A stretch of 63,877 bases of DNA, filler included. It is 6 parts of 6 records of this genome, joined end to end, with 100 filler letters (N's around TTAATTAATTAA, not from the genome) between each part and the next. Parts side by side here need not be neighbours in the genome. Positions count along the whole stretch, not along the records: positions 17,026 to 39,286 come from SRR22947727_5857; 5 more parts are not named here. One strand, 5' to 3'. Below, in pieces: positions 29,291 to 38,120 of the stretch. How positions within the stretch are numbered: position 1 is the stretch's first letter; each line of letters begins with the position of its first letter. The notes under the pieces are model-generated. The model did not search any database, was not told the DNA's origin, and saw nothing but the letters and a program-made list of their open reading frames with translations. The position numbers were made by a program, and so were the translations under genes.

Positions 29291-30247
29291 ATGAAGAAGA
29301 CAGTTTATATAACAGGATGTTTAGGGTTTATAGGATCTTACATAACACGCACATGCCTAAAAAAAGGTTGGTATGTTAAAGGAGTAGATAAAATGACATA
29401 TGCTTCTAATAAAGGATTGTTAAAAGAATTTAATAAATATTTAAATTTTTCATTTGTAAAATGTGATATAAATGATTTAGAATTTTTATATGAATGTGAT
29501 TATGTTATAAATACTGCGGCTGAAACTCACGTTGGGAATAGTATAGTTAAAAGTGATGGTTTTATACATTCAAACATTAATGGGGTACATCATTTACTAG
29601 AATTAATTAGAAATTATAGGGGTGAAGGGAAAGATAAACCAACACTACTACATTTTAGTACAGATGAAGTATACGGAGATGTAACAGAAGGAGAACATTT
29701 GGAAACCGATATATTAAAACCTAGTAATCCTTATTCAGCAACAAAGGCAGCAGCCGATCAACTTATATTAGCTTGGGCTAGAACTTATGGATTGCCTTAT
29801 GTTATTGTAAGACCTACTAATAATTATGGAATAGGGCAATACACCGAAAAATTAATACCTAAATCCATTAAATATTTAGGTTTAGGGAAAAAAATTCCTT
29901 TACACAATAATGGAACACCTATTAGAAATTGGTTACATGCTCAAGATACAGCAGATGCTGTGATTAAAATAATTGAATCTCAAACTAGCAATGAAATATT
30001 TAACATTGCTGGAGGGTTTGAACAATCTAATTTGAATACCGTAAAGAAAATTATTACCTTATGGGATAGTAATAACTCCCTGAATTTGTTTGGACAATTG
30101 GATTTGAGTTATTCAAGAATAGGACAAGATATTAGATATGCTCTAAATGATAGTAAATTAAGAGATATAGGATGGGAACCTAAAAAAATATTTGATGAGG
30201 AATTACCTGAAATAGTTGAATATTATAAAGAAAATTTTATATGGTAA
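29291..30247 (+). CDS. dTDP-glucose 4,6-dehydratase (RmlB-like)
   Basis: 'GCLGFIGS', 'DKMTYA', 'AAETHV', 'STDEVYGD', 'NPYSATKA', 'NNYG', 'EKLIP'. Confidence 0.9.
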   Translation: MKKTVYITGCLGFIGSYITRTCLKKGWYVKGVDKMTYASNKGLLKEFNKYLNFSFVKCDINDLEFLYECDYVINTAAETHVGNSIVKSDGFIHSNINGVHHLLELIRNYRGEGKDKPTLLHFSTDEVYGDVTEGEHLETDILKPSNPYSATKAAADQLILAWARTYGLPYVIVRPTNNYGIGQYTEKLIPKSIKYLGLGKKIPLHNNGTPIRNWLHAQDTADAVIKIIESQTSNEIFNIAGGFEQSNLNTVKKIITLWDSNNSLNLFGQLDLSYSRIGQDIRYALNDSKLRDIGWEPKKIFDEELPEIVEYYKENFIW

Positions 30248-30867
30248 AGGAAGAATTAATTAAGTTTGAAACAAGAATAGGAGATGCTTTTAATAAAGGT
30301 AAAATAAAAGCACCAATTCATTTATATCATAATAATGAAGATCAAATGATTGAAATATTTAAAGATATAGATATTAAGAATGATTGGGTATGTTGTACTT
30401 GGAGAAATCATTACCAAGGGTTATTAAAAGGAATCCCTCCAAAAATAATGGAAGAAAATATAAAAGAAGGTAAATCAATGGTAGCCAATTTACCTAAATA
30501 TAAGTTTATATGTAGTTCAATAGTTGGTGGGATTCCTTCAATTGCAGCTGGTATTGCTTTATCAATTAAATTACAAAAGAAAAAAAACAGAGTTTGGTGT
30601 TGGGTTGGAGATATGAGTGCAGAAACTGGTCATTTTCATGAAGCCTATAAATATTCATTAAATCATAATTTACCTGTTACATTTATAGTAGAAGATAATA
30701 AAAAATCAGTATGTACACCAACACCTGATATTTGGAAAAGAAATACTCCATATTTTTTAGAATCTGAATATAAGGGGGGGATTTTAAAACAGAAGAATCT
30801 AATTTACTATCAATACGATAATACTAAATACCCACATGCCGGAGCAGGTATGAGGGTTCAATTTTAA
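30241..30867 (+). CDS. TPP-dependent dehydrogenase E1 alpha-like subunit (short)
   Basis: 'APIHLY', 'TWRNHY', 'SSIVGG', 'GDMSAETG', 'FIVEDN'. Confidence 0.85.
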   Translation: MVKEELIKFETRIGDAFNKGKIKAPIHLYHNNEDQMIEIFKDIDIKNDWVCCTWRNHYQGLLKGIPPKIMEENIKEGKSMVANLPKYKFICSSIVGGIPSIAAGIALSIKLQKKKNRVWCWVGDMSAETGHFHEAYKYSLNHNLPVTFIVEDNKKSVCTPTPDIWKRNTPYFLESEYKGGILKQKNLIYYQYDNTKYPHAGAGMRVQF

Positions 30868-30873
30868 TAAAAT

Positions 30874-31410
30874 ATGAAATATTCTGAAGAAATAGTAAAA
30901 GCAATGAGTATGTTAGCTGATAATCCTAAAACCGTATTTATAGGACAGGCAGTTGAGTATGAAGGGACTGGATTATATGATTCATTATCTCATATACCTA
31001 AAGACAAAAGAATGGAATTACCAGTTGCAGAATACCTACAATCAGGTCTAGCAAATGGTATGGCTATAGAAGGTTTGATTCCGGTTTCAACATTCCCAAG
31101 ATGGAATTTTCTATTAATGGGAACTGATCAGATAGTAAACCATTTAGACAAATTTAAAAATATGTCTAATGGTATATTAACCCCAAGGGTTATAATTAGA
31201 GTAGCTGTTGGTAGTGAACACCCAGTTGATCCCCAATGTCAACATAAAGGTAACTTTTCAGAAGCATTTAGAAATATGACTAGTAATACAGAAGTTATTG
31301 AATTAATTGAACCTGAAGATATCCTCCCGGCTTACACTAAAGCGTTAAATAGAACAGATGGTGTAAATACTATATTAGTAGAATTTGCTGATTATTGTAA
31401 GACAAAATAA
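30874..31410 (+). CDS. TPP-dependent dehydrogenase E1 beta-like subunit (pyrimidine-binding domain only)
   Basis: 'FIGQAV', 'ELPVAE', 'GMAIEG', 'DQIVNH', 'QH'. Confidence 0.82.
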   Translation: MKYSEEIVKAMSMLADNPKTVFIGQAVEYEGTGLYDSLSHIPKDKRMELPVAEYLQSGLANGMAIEGLIPVSTFPRWNFLLMGTDQIVNHLDKFKNMSNGILTPRVIIRVAVGSEHPVDPQCQHKGNFSEAFRNMTSNTEVIELIEPEDILPAYTKALNRTDGVNTILVEFADYCKTK

Positions 31411-31411
31411 A

Positions 31412-32209
31412 ATGAACATATTAATTACAGGGGGAAATGGATATATAGCTAAAAGTTTATATAAAGGTTTAAAAAATTGTAATATAACTTCTATAACAAG
31501 AAAAGATTTTGATTTAACTGATAGGGAAGCTACTAATAAATGGTTTAGAAATAAATATTTTGATGTTGTAATTCATACTGCAATAGTAGGTGGTAGTAGA
31601 TTAAAAGAAGATAATAGCGATACTTTTTATCAAAATATTCAAATGTTTTATAATTTATTAAATAATAAACATTGTTTCTATAAATTATTAAGTTTTGGGT
31701 CCGGGGCTGAATTAGATATGCCTAATAACCCTTATGGTTTAAGTAAAAATATTATTAGTAAAATAATAAATAATGAAGATAATTTTTATAACATAAGGAT
31801 ATATGCTGTATTTGATGAAAATGAATTAAATACTAGATTTATTAAAGGCAATATTGAACGTTATATTAATAAAGAACCTATGGAAATACATCAAGATAAA
31901 TTAATGGATTTTTTCTATATGGGAGATTTAATAAAATTAGTAGAATATTATATTAATAATAAACAATTAATTAAAAATGTAGACTGTTCATATTCTCAAA
32001 AACATTCTTTACTAGATATAGCTAATATCATTAATAACTTATCTAATTATAAAGTAAAAATTAATCTAGGAAAAGGGAAAGGAAAAAATTATATAGGTAA
32101 ACCATCAATAAAACACACTTATTGGAATCCTATGGAATTAGGCAGATTAGAAGAAGGAATTAAAAAAACTTATAAACTTATAAATAAAAAAAATAATGGG
32201 GTTATTTAG
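31412..32209 (+). CDS. NAD-dependent epimerase/reductase (extended SDR)
   Basis: 'ILITGGNGYIA', 'HTAIVGG', 'FGSGAE', 'PYGLSK' (YxxxK). Confidence 0.85.
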   Translation: MNILITGGNGYIAKSLYKGLKNCNITSITRKDFDLTDREATNKWFRNKYFDVVIHTAIVGGSRLKEDNSDTFYQNIQMFYNLLNNKHCFYKLLSFGSGAELDMPNNPYGLSKNIISKIINNEDNFYNIRIYAVFDENELNTRFIKGNIERYINKEPMEIHQDKLMDFFYMGDLIKLVEYYINNKQLIKNVDCSYSQKHSLLDIANIINNLSNYKVKINLGKGKGKNYIGKPSIKHTYWNPMELGRLEEGIKKTYKLINKKNNGVI

Positions 32210-32900
32210 AATTACACATACAGATTTTGAAGAAACATTTAATTCAGATGAATTTGACACCATGCATGCTTATGAGTGGTCTGGAGATAATATTAAGAGA
32301 ATTGACGAACCAGCCTGGCATCAGAGGTACGAATATGAAGCTCTATTAATTTGCAATTTAATAAAAGAAAACCCACACATAAAAAATGTATTAGAACTTG
32401 GATCCGGACCCGGAGTATTATCGCAGAAAATTCAAGAGAAACATCCTGAACTCACCTACCATCTAGTTGATAAACCTCACGCAGAAAAGTACTTTACTAA
32501 AAATAAGTTTAAAGGTAATTTTTTTGTAAAGGATTTGTCTAGTAGCTTTGATACAGAAGGATTGATGGGTAAGTATGATTTAGTAATAACGAATGATTTT
32601 TTAGAACATGTTTTAAACCCTTCGATAATTGTTCAAACAATATATAAATTAACTAATAAAGAATCTATATACTTTATTAGCAATCCTAATTGGAGAATGG
32701 CACATCAATGGGTTTATAGAGGATTATTTGATTTTGATAATTTTATTTATTTTTTATATACTCATAAATTTGAACTTGAAGGATTTTATGGATCTCAATT
32801 AAAAACTCCTAATTACCCAAAAATAAGTAGTGAAAGTTTACTCCCTGGGGAAAATTTAACAGATTGGAACCATTATTTAATATTTAAACATAGAATGTAA
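32196..32900 (+). CDS. Class I SAM-dependent methyltransferase
   Basis: 'VLELGSGPG', 'YDLVITNDFLEH'. Confidence 0.85.
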   Translation: MGLFRITHTDFEETFNSDEFDTMHAYEWSGDNIKRIDEPAWHQRYEYEALLICNLIKENPHIKNVLELGSGPGVLSQKIQEKHPELTYHLVDKPHAEKYFTKNKFKGNFFVKDLSSSFDTEGLMGKYDLVITNDFLEHVLNPSIIVQTIYKLTNKESIYFISNPNWRMAHQWVYRGLFDFDNFIYFLYTHKFELEGFYGSQLKTPNYPKISSESLLPGENLTDWNHYLIFKHRM

Positions 32901-34174
32901 TGGAAAGGATAAGTTTTGTAATTAATACGGCTGTAAATGAGATAAACCATATTAGTTTATTATTAAAATCCCTTAAATTAAATTTAGATGGGGATAAACA
33001 TGAAATATTAGTTTTTATAGATAATGATAATCAAGGTACATATGAATATCTTAAGTCAATTAAAAATCAATATTATGATTTAAAAATTATAACCCATAAA
33101 TTACCTCCTTGTATAGGTTATTCTAGAAATAATAATCTACTTGTTGAATTAGCAAAACATGATATAGTAAGTTATTTACAAAGTGATATGGTTATTTCCC
33201 CACATTATGATACTGATATATTAAAAAATTTAGAACCTAATACTATATTAAGTGCTACTAGGGTTGAACCACCATTACATGGTGAATCTCCTTTAACTAT
33301 AACTAAAGATTTTGGTACTGATCCTTTAGAATTTGATTTAGAAGAATGGAATAAATATTCAGTAACAGTAAAAAATAATAAAATAGCAGATTATTTCTTT
33401 GCTCCTATTACCTTTTATAAAAATCTTTGGTTAGGAACAGGAGGGTATGATACATTATTTAGAAGATCAAGAGAGGATTCAGATTTAGTTCAAAGATGTT
33501 TACATAAAGGAATAAAATTAAAACAAACATTTGGAGCTATTGTTTATCATTTTACTTGTACATCATCTAGAGGTAAGGATTGGTTTAAAAGTGATAATGT
33601 AGAAGCCCAAAATAGAGTAAAAATCCAAATCCAAGCAGATCAAATTGAATTAAGACGTTTTATAAGAAAATGGGGGGGTTTTAATCATGGAACTGAAAAA
33701 TTAACTAAGTATAATGTTGATTTAGAAATTAAAAATAGTAATGAATTATTACCCCAAGTTATAACAAATATAGAACCTTTATTTTCACAAGTTTATGTTG
33801 ATAATTCTTCAGTACTACAAATTTTACTAGATAATGTTAAAGATGAACATAGTTTAGCAAATCAATTACTTAATTTCACAGAAGAGGAATGGGGGAAAAC
33901 TTCAAAATATCATAATTTAGTAAATTATGAAAATATATTTAAATTCCAAAACAATCCTGTATTAGAATATAATGCAAAAGTAACAATAGATGGTACAACC
34001 TTATCAAATTATGACTTTGATGTAATAAACCAAATCCATAAAATAATAGAAAACTATGATGTTGGGGATTACGAATATGGGGGGGTTAATGTTAGTATTA
34101 TAAATAAATTGCCATTAAATAATACTATCTGCAAAAACCCTAAATTTAATATGAATTTACTTGAAATTTCTTAA
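32900..34174 (+). CDS. GT2 family glycosyltransferase
   Basis: 'ISFVI', 'FIDND', 'YLQSDMV', 'GGYD..F...EDSD', 'VYHFT'. Confidence 0.82.
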   Translation: MERISFVINTAVNEINHISLLLKSLKLNLDGDKHEILVFIDNDNQGTYEYLKSIKNQYYDLKIITHKLPPCIGYSRNNNLLVELAKHDIVSYLQSDMVISPHYDTDILKNLEPNTILSATRVEPPLHGESPLTITKDFGTDPLEFDLEEWNKYSVTVKNNKIADYFFAPITFYKNLWLGTGGYDTLFRRSREDSDLVQRCLHKGIKLKQTFGAIVYHFTCTSSRGKDWFKSDNVEAQNRVKIQIQADQIELRRFIRKWGGFNHGTEKLTKYNVDLEIKNSNELLPQVITNIEPLFSQVYVDNSSVLQILLDNVKDEHSLANQLLNFTEEEWGKTSKYHNLVNYENIFKFQNNPVLEYNAKVTIDGTTLSNYDFDVINQIHKIIENYDVGDYEYGGVNVSIINKLPLNNTICKNPKFNMNLLEIS

Positions 34175-34203
34175 TATTTATAATTAACCAAAAACCCCCT
34201 ACT

Positions 34204-34521
34204 ATGGAAAACGATAAAACCAAGAAAAGGGAGGTAACTAATATTGAACTGGCTTATAAAAACAGGAAAGATATTATTAACCTAGCTTCAAAAAAAGAAT
34301 TTGTAGATTTTGTATTAAAAGATAGTTTAGAAGCTATTAGTGAGGCAATTGAAGATAATTTGGATAAGGTTGAATTATTTAATATATTGAACTTATCACT
34401 AGTTATAAAATTAGAAAAATCAAAATATAAACCTGTTTTAGAACGTATTATACAGTATTATGTTGAAAGGGAAGATTATGATAAATGTATTGAAATTCAA
34501 TCACTTATAAAAAAGATATAA
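34204..34521 (+). CDS. Hypothetical protein with C-terminal UVR-like motif
   Basis: 'YYVEREDYDKCIEIQSLIKKI'. Confidence 0.65.
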   Translation: MENDKTKKREVTNIELAYKNRKDIINLASKKEFVDFVLKDSLEAISEAIEDNLDKVELFNILNLSLVIKLEKSKYKPVLERIIQYYVEREDYDKCIEIQSLIKKI

Positions 34522-34522
34522 A

Positions 34523-34684
34523 ATGCACAAATATAAATTTTATTATTTAAGAGATGAAAGTAAAGAAACAATACACGTTTTTGATGCCCCAAACATTGAA
34601 GAAGCTTATATAATAGCTAGTCAAATTAAACAATTATCTGTTGAAGAATTCAAAAAATTATTTGGGGTAGCAAAAAATATATAA
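34523..34684 (+). CDS. Small hypothetical protein (53 aa; not in ORF track)
   Basis: MHKYKFYYLRDESKETIHVFDAPNIEEAYIIASQIKQLSVEEFKKLFGVAKNI*, exactly filling the intergenic gap. Confidence 0.7.
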   Translation: MHKYKFYYLRDESKETIHVFDAPNIEEAYIIASQIKQLSVEEFKKLFGVAKNI

Positions 34685-34687
34685 AAT

Positions 34688-35098
34688 ATGAGTGGAGTGT
34701 TTGAGGGGATGGATGATGTTAAAAATTTGTTTAAAGAAATTTTAGGATCTGATGTGATTATTAGTGATAGCATGGATATAACTGAAGAGATTATATTTGT
34801 TGTTTTTATCCAAAAATTAGAAGAAGCTTTCGAGACAGAAAATAAGCTATACGAAATGGGGGGGATTGAGTTAGGTCAAATAACAGAACCCCTTTGGTTT
34901 GTCTTAGAAAGTGCATTTAAATTATTATATGGACCGGATGCCACAAGTTTAATATGGTGGTATATTTTTGATCGTATTGAAAAAGATGGAGAAATAATCC
35001 CATTCACAGATGAAGATGGTAAAGAATACATTTTCAAAGACGCTAAAGAACTTTGGATGTATGTAAACTACAGATTTCCCCAAGACTTTAATGAATAA
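34688..35098 (+). CDS. Hypothetical protein
   Basis: 136-aa acidic ORF in the tightly packed array. Confidence 0.7.
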   Translation: MSGVFEGMDDVKNLFKEILGSDVIISDSMDITEEIIFVVFIQKLEEAFETENKLYEMGGIELGQITEPLWFVLESAFKLLYGPDATSLIWWYIFDRIEKDGEIIPFTDEDGKEYIFKDAKELWMYVNYRFPQDFNE

Positions 35099-35131
35099 TT
35101 TGGATATTTAGTAAATATTTCGTATATTCAC
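35099..35131 (+). promoter_or_regulatory. Repeated phage promoter motif, copy 1
   Basis: TTTGG...TTCGTATATTCAC; 20 nt between TTTG and TATATT. Confidence 0.72.
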
Positions 35132-35145
35132 GATAATTATAAATT

Positions 35146-35385
35146 ATGGACATAGAAATGATACCCTGCATAAGTTGCGGAGCAGATATGCCTAAACTTC
35201 GACTAGAACAATATGGTTATAAAAACTGTGTTAATTGTTCTACTGTCAAAGCTTATAGAGCTGTCACTACCACCAATGGTAGTGGAGATAATACGTGGAA
35301 TGATATTCAAATAATGACATCAGAACAATACTCTAAACATGAAAAGTTAGAACAAGAGAGTATAAAGTCTAAAAAGTCATACTAA
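35146..35385 (+). CDS. DksA/TraR-type C4 zinc-finger protein
   Basis: CISC-GADMPKLRLEQYGYKN-CVNC. Confidence 0.65.
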   Translation: MDIEMIPCISCGADMPKLRLEQYGYKNCVNCSTVKAYRAVTTTNGSGDNTWNDIQIMTSEQYSKHEKLEQESIKSKKSY

Positions 35386-35386
35386 G

Positions 35387-36016
35387 ATGCCTAAAGCAAA
35401 ACCATTAGGGAAAGAACAAATTGTAGCTGCTATGTCTCAGACAAGGTCGAATATGGCTGCAGCTAGGTATTTGAATGTTTCCTATGTACATTATAAAAAA
35501 TGGGCTAAGCTTTATAAAGACGTTGAAACTAATCAGACATTGTTTGAAAAACATTTAAACCCCTCAGGTAAGGGTATACCTAAATTCTTAAAAGGAACAG
35601 GCAAACAGCCAGCATTAATTGATATCATCGAAGGAAGAACCAATGCTGCTTCATTTTCCCCTGAAAAAATAAAATACAGACTTGTTAGCGAAGGACATTT
35701 AAAAGAAGAATGTAATTGCTGTGGTTTCAATGAACGCAGAGTATTAGATTATAAAATTCCATTATTACTACATTTCAAAGATAAGAATAAGAAAAACTAC
35801 AGAAAAGAAAACATAGAATTCTTATGTTATAACTGTTTTTACCTTACTATTGGAGATGTATTTGATAATAAACAAATTGAGGGAATCGAAGATCATAAGC
35901 CTGTAAATTCAAGTGAGGTTGATTGGGAAGTAGATGATTATACAGCTCAACGATTAAAAGAATTAGGTTTGGGTGATGATGAAGATGATGGGCTAGATAT
36001 TGTATCATATGTATGA
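35387..36016 (+). CDS. HTH plus degenerate HNH-like Zn domain protein
   Basis: 'SNMAAARYLNVSYVHYKKWAK' HTH; 'CNCCG...LLLHFKDKNKKNYRKENIEFLCYNC'. Confidence 0.7.
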   Translation: MPKAKPLGKEQIVAAMSQTRSNMAAARYLNVSYVHYKKWAKLYKDVETNQTLFEKHLNPSGKGIPKFLKGTGKQPALIDIIEGRTNAASFSPEKIKYRLVSEGHLKEECNCCGFNERRVLDYKIPLLLHFKDKNKKNYRKENIEFLCYNCFYLTIGDVFDNKQIEGIEDHKPVNSSEVDWEVDDYTAQRLKELGLGDDEDDGLDIVSYV

Positions 36017-36192
36017 AAAAGAAACGTACACGAAATATAAAGCGTAAAAAGCATGATAGCATAGTTGATGACTATGATAAACAAAAATCAAAACACTTAG
36101 ATAAGTTAGCCAAAAAGATGTTGGATAATGATGAAAAGTTTAGTAGATTAAGGGATAAAAATATTGATGATAGTTTTTTAGACTTATTTTAA
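36013..36192 (+). CDS. Small basic hypothetical protein (59 aa; not in ORF track)
   Basis: ATGA overlap with the previous gene; MKKKRTRNIKRKKHDSIV...FLDLF*. Confidence 0.7.
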   Translation: MKKKRTRNIKRKKHDSIVDDYDKQKSKHLDKLAKKMLDNDEKFSRLRDKNIDDSFLDLF

Positions 36193-36194
36193 TT

Positions 36195-36494
36195 ATGATA
36201 TATTCTGTAAATGTAAAGAACCATGAAGAATTTGAAGATCTTGTTTATAACAAAGATTTAAATATATCTAAAGTTATAGTCGATAAAATATTTGATAACT
36301 TAGAAACAACAAAACGTTTCATTTACGTTTTAAAGATAACAATTGAAGAAGGAGATAGAATTATAGATTTAACAATTGATAGAAATGATTTTATAGATAC
36401 ATTAGAAAAAAATATTCAAATCCACGCTCACCACGAAGAATATGAGCGTTGTGCTGAAATAAGAGATGCAATCGAAAAACTCAAAAATAAATAG
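36195..36494 (+). CDS. Hypothetical protein with C-terminal UVR-like motif
   Basis: 'HEEYERCAEIRDAIEKL'. Confidence 0.7.
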   Translation: MIYSVNVKNHEEFEDLVYNKDLNISKVIVDKIFDNLETTKRFIYVLKITIEEGDRIIDLTIDRNDFIDTLEKNIQIHAHHEEYERCAEIRDAIEKLKNK

Positions 36495-36496
36495 TT

Positions 36497-37057
36497 ATGA
36501 AAATTTACAAGTACAACTCAACAACCTTACAATTTGAATCAATTCCTTACCTTGTTAAAATCCTTAAGGGTTTAGCAATATTTTTAATTTTATTTATCTT
36601 TATAGGAGCAACTAGTGAAACTGAAGAAGATAGCTATATTATAGATGTAGAAGATATTTTATTAGTAGATTCACAAAATGAATTTTCTGAAGATAAGTTC
36701 ATCAGTATGTTAGATGAAATTAATTTACCTCACCCCCATATTACTTTAGCTCAAGCTAAATTAGAAACTGGTAATTTTACATCTAAGATCTTTAATGAAA
36801 ACTATAACAGTTTTGGTCAGAAAGAAGCTAAAGTTAGAATTAATTTAGCTAGAGGAACTCAATATGGGCATGCCTACTATAATAGTTGGGAAGAAAGTAT
36901 TTTAGATTATGCTTATTGGTATAGTACTTATGCTAGTAAATGTAAAACTGAAAAACAATTTTACCAGCTATTAGATAGAGTTTATGCCGAAGACCCATTG
37001 TATTCTAAAAAATTAAGAGCAATGGTAGAAGAAGAAGAACTTAAATCAAAGTTCTAA
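36497..37057 (+). CDS. Membrane-anchored GH73-like glucosaminidase (peptidoglycan hydrolase / endolysin candidate)
   Basis: N-terminal TM; 'LAQAKLETG', 'NSFG', 'YYNSWEESILDY', 'YAEDPLY'. Confidence 0.8.
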   Translation: MKIYKYNSTTLQFESIPYLVKILKGLAIFLILFIFIGATSETEEDSYIIDVEDILLVDSQNEFSEDKFISMLDEINLPHPHITLAQAKLETGNFTSKIFNENYNSFGQKEAKVRINLARGTQYGHAYYNSWEESILDYAYWYSTYASKCKTEKQFYQLLDRVYAEDPLYSKKLRAMVEEEELKSKF

Positions 37058-37076
37058 AAACACTCCCACCACACCA

Positions 37077-37109
37077 TTTGGCTACCTGAAATATTGTTCG
37101 TATATTTAG
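37077..37109 (+). promoter_or_regulatory. Repeated phage promoter motif, copy 2
   Basis: TTTGGCTACCTGAAATATTGTTCGTATATTTAG; 20-nt spacer. Confidence 0.75.
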
Positions 37110-37125
37110 GTATAAATAAAGGTTT

Positions 37126-37569
37126 ATGGCATTATACAAATTAGATAATTATACAAAACAAGGGTTTTTAAGAAGTAGAATAATACCTTGGAAAAATGAT
37201 AAGCAATTTTCAATTAATCCCCATGGATATGGAAAATATGTGGGTGTGAGAAGATTTAAATATGAATACACTCATCCTCAAATGGCTCCTAGATTATACA
37301 CATCAGATCAAAGTGGAAAAAAATATATAATTCCAACTTGGCAGGAAGTATTACCTGAAACTACTTTAAATGATATTGAATGGATTAAACCTGAAATTGT
37401 TAAAGAAAAACCGATTAAAGGTGTTTGGGAATTTGAATCATCATCATCTAAAGGTAAATTTTATTCTGTGAAACAAAATGGAGTTAAATTCACTTGCAAT
37501 TGTCCTGGATTTTGGAGAGCTAAAGATCGTCAATGTAAACATATTAAAGAAGTAAAAAAAGAAAAATAG
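37126..37569 (+). CDS. SWIM zinc-finger protein
   Basis: 'FTCNCPGF......CKHI' (CxC...CxH). Confidence 0.75.
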   Translation: MALYKLDNYTKQGFLRSRIIPWKNDKQFSINPHGYGKYVGVRRFKYEYTHPQMAPRLYTSDQSGKKYIIPTWQEVLPETTLNDIEWIKPEIVKEKPIKGVWEFESSSSKGKFYSVKQNGVKFTCNCPGFWRAKDRQCKHIKEVKKEK

Positions 37570-37571
37570 TT

Positions 37572-38054
37572 ATGGCAAAAATTACATTAAATATCCCAGA
37601 TGCCTTATCAGGAATTAGATTTACTAAAGAACAGAGAAGAAGATTTGAATTATCTCTCTTACCCGAGATGGCTGAAACACATGCTTTAAGTATTTGTAAG
37701 AGAAAATTTGGGGTAAAATTTAAGTTAGGAGCTTATAACTCAAAAGGATTTGATATTATATCTGAAGATGGTACCATAATAGTAGAAGTTAAACAAACTT
37801 CATCAGTTATGGGTTCTAGTAAGCGTCTTCAAATTGGTTCTTATAATAGTAAAAAAAATCTATGTACTCATATTCTTATTTTAGATTATTATTCTAATAG
37901 ATGTGCTATTTTAGAACATGATGATTTTTTTAATAAAACCCACCATTATGATAGAGGTTATGGGTGGAGATGGGATAGTGAATATAATACGAAAGGATCA
38001 AAAAGATGTGCTGAAAATACAAAATGGTTTTTAAATAATGAAATTGAATTATAA
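37572..38054 (+). CDS. Putative PD-(D/E)XK nuclease-like protein
   Basis: 'GFDIISEDGTIIVEVKQT' (D...ExK). Confidence 0.55.
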   Translation: MAKITLNIPDALSGIRFTKEQRRRFELSLLPEMAETHALSICKRKFGVKFKLGAYNSKGFDIISEDGTIIVEVKQTSSVMGSSKRLQIGSYNSKKNLCTHILILDYYSNRCAILEHDDFFNKTHHYDRGYGWRWDSEYNTKGSKRCAENTKWFLNNEIEL

Positions 38055-38120
38055 TATATAAACTATTTATAATCATTCCGATAAATCTCAATATGTATAA
38101 TATATAATAAAAAATAAATC

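Noticed and set aside
30241-31410. True pyruvate dehydrogenase auxiliary metabolic genes
   Set aside because: No E2/E3, truncated subunits, and located among NDP-sugar enzymes.
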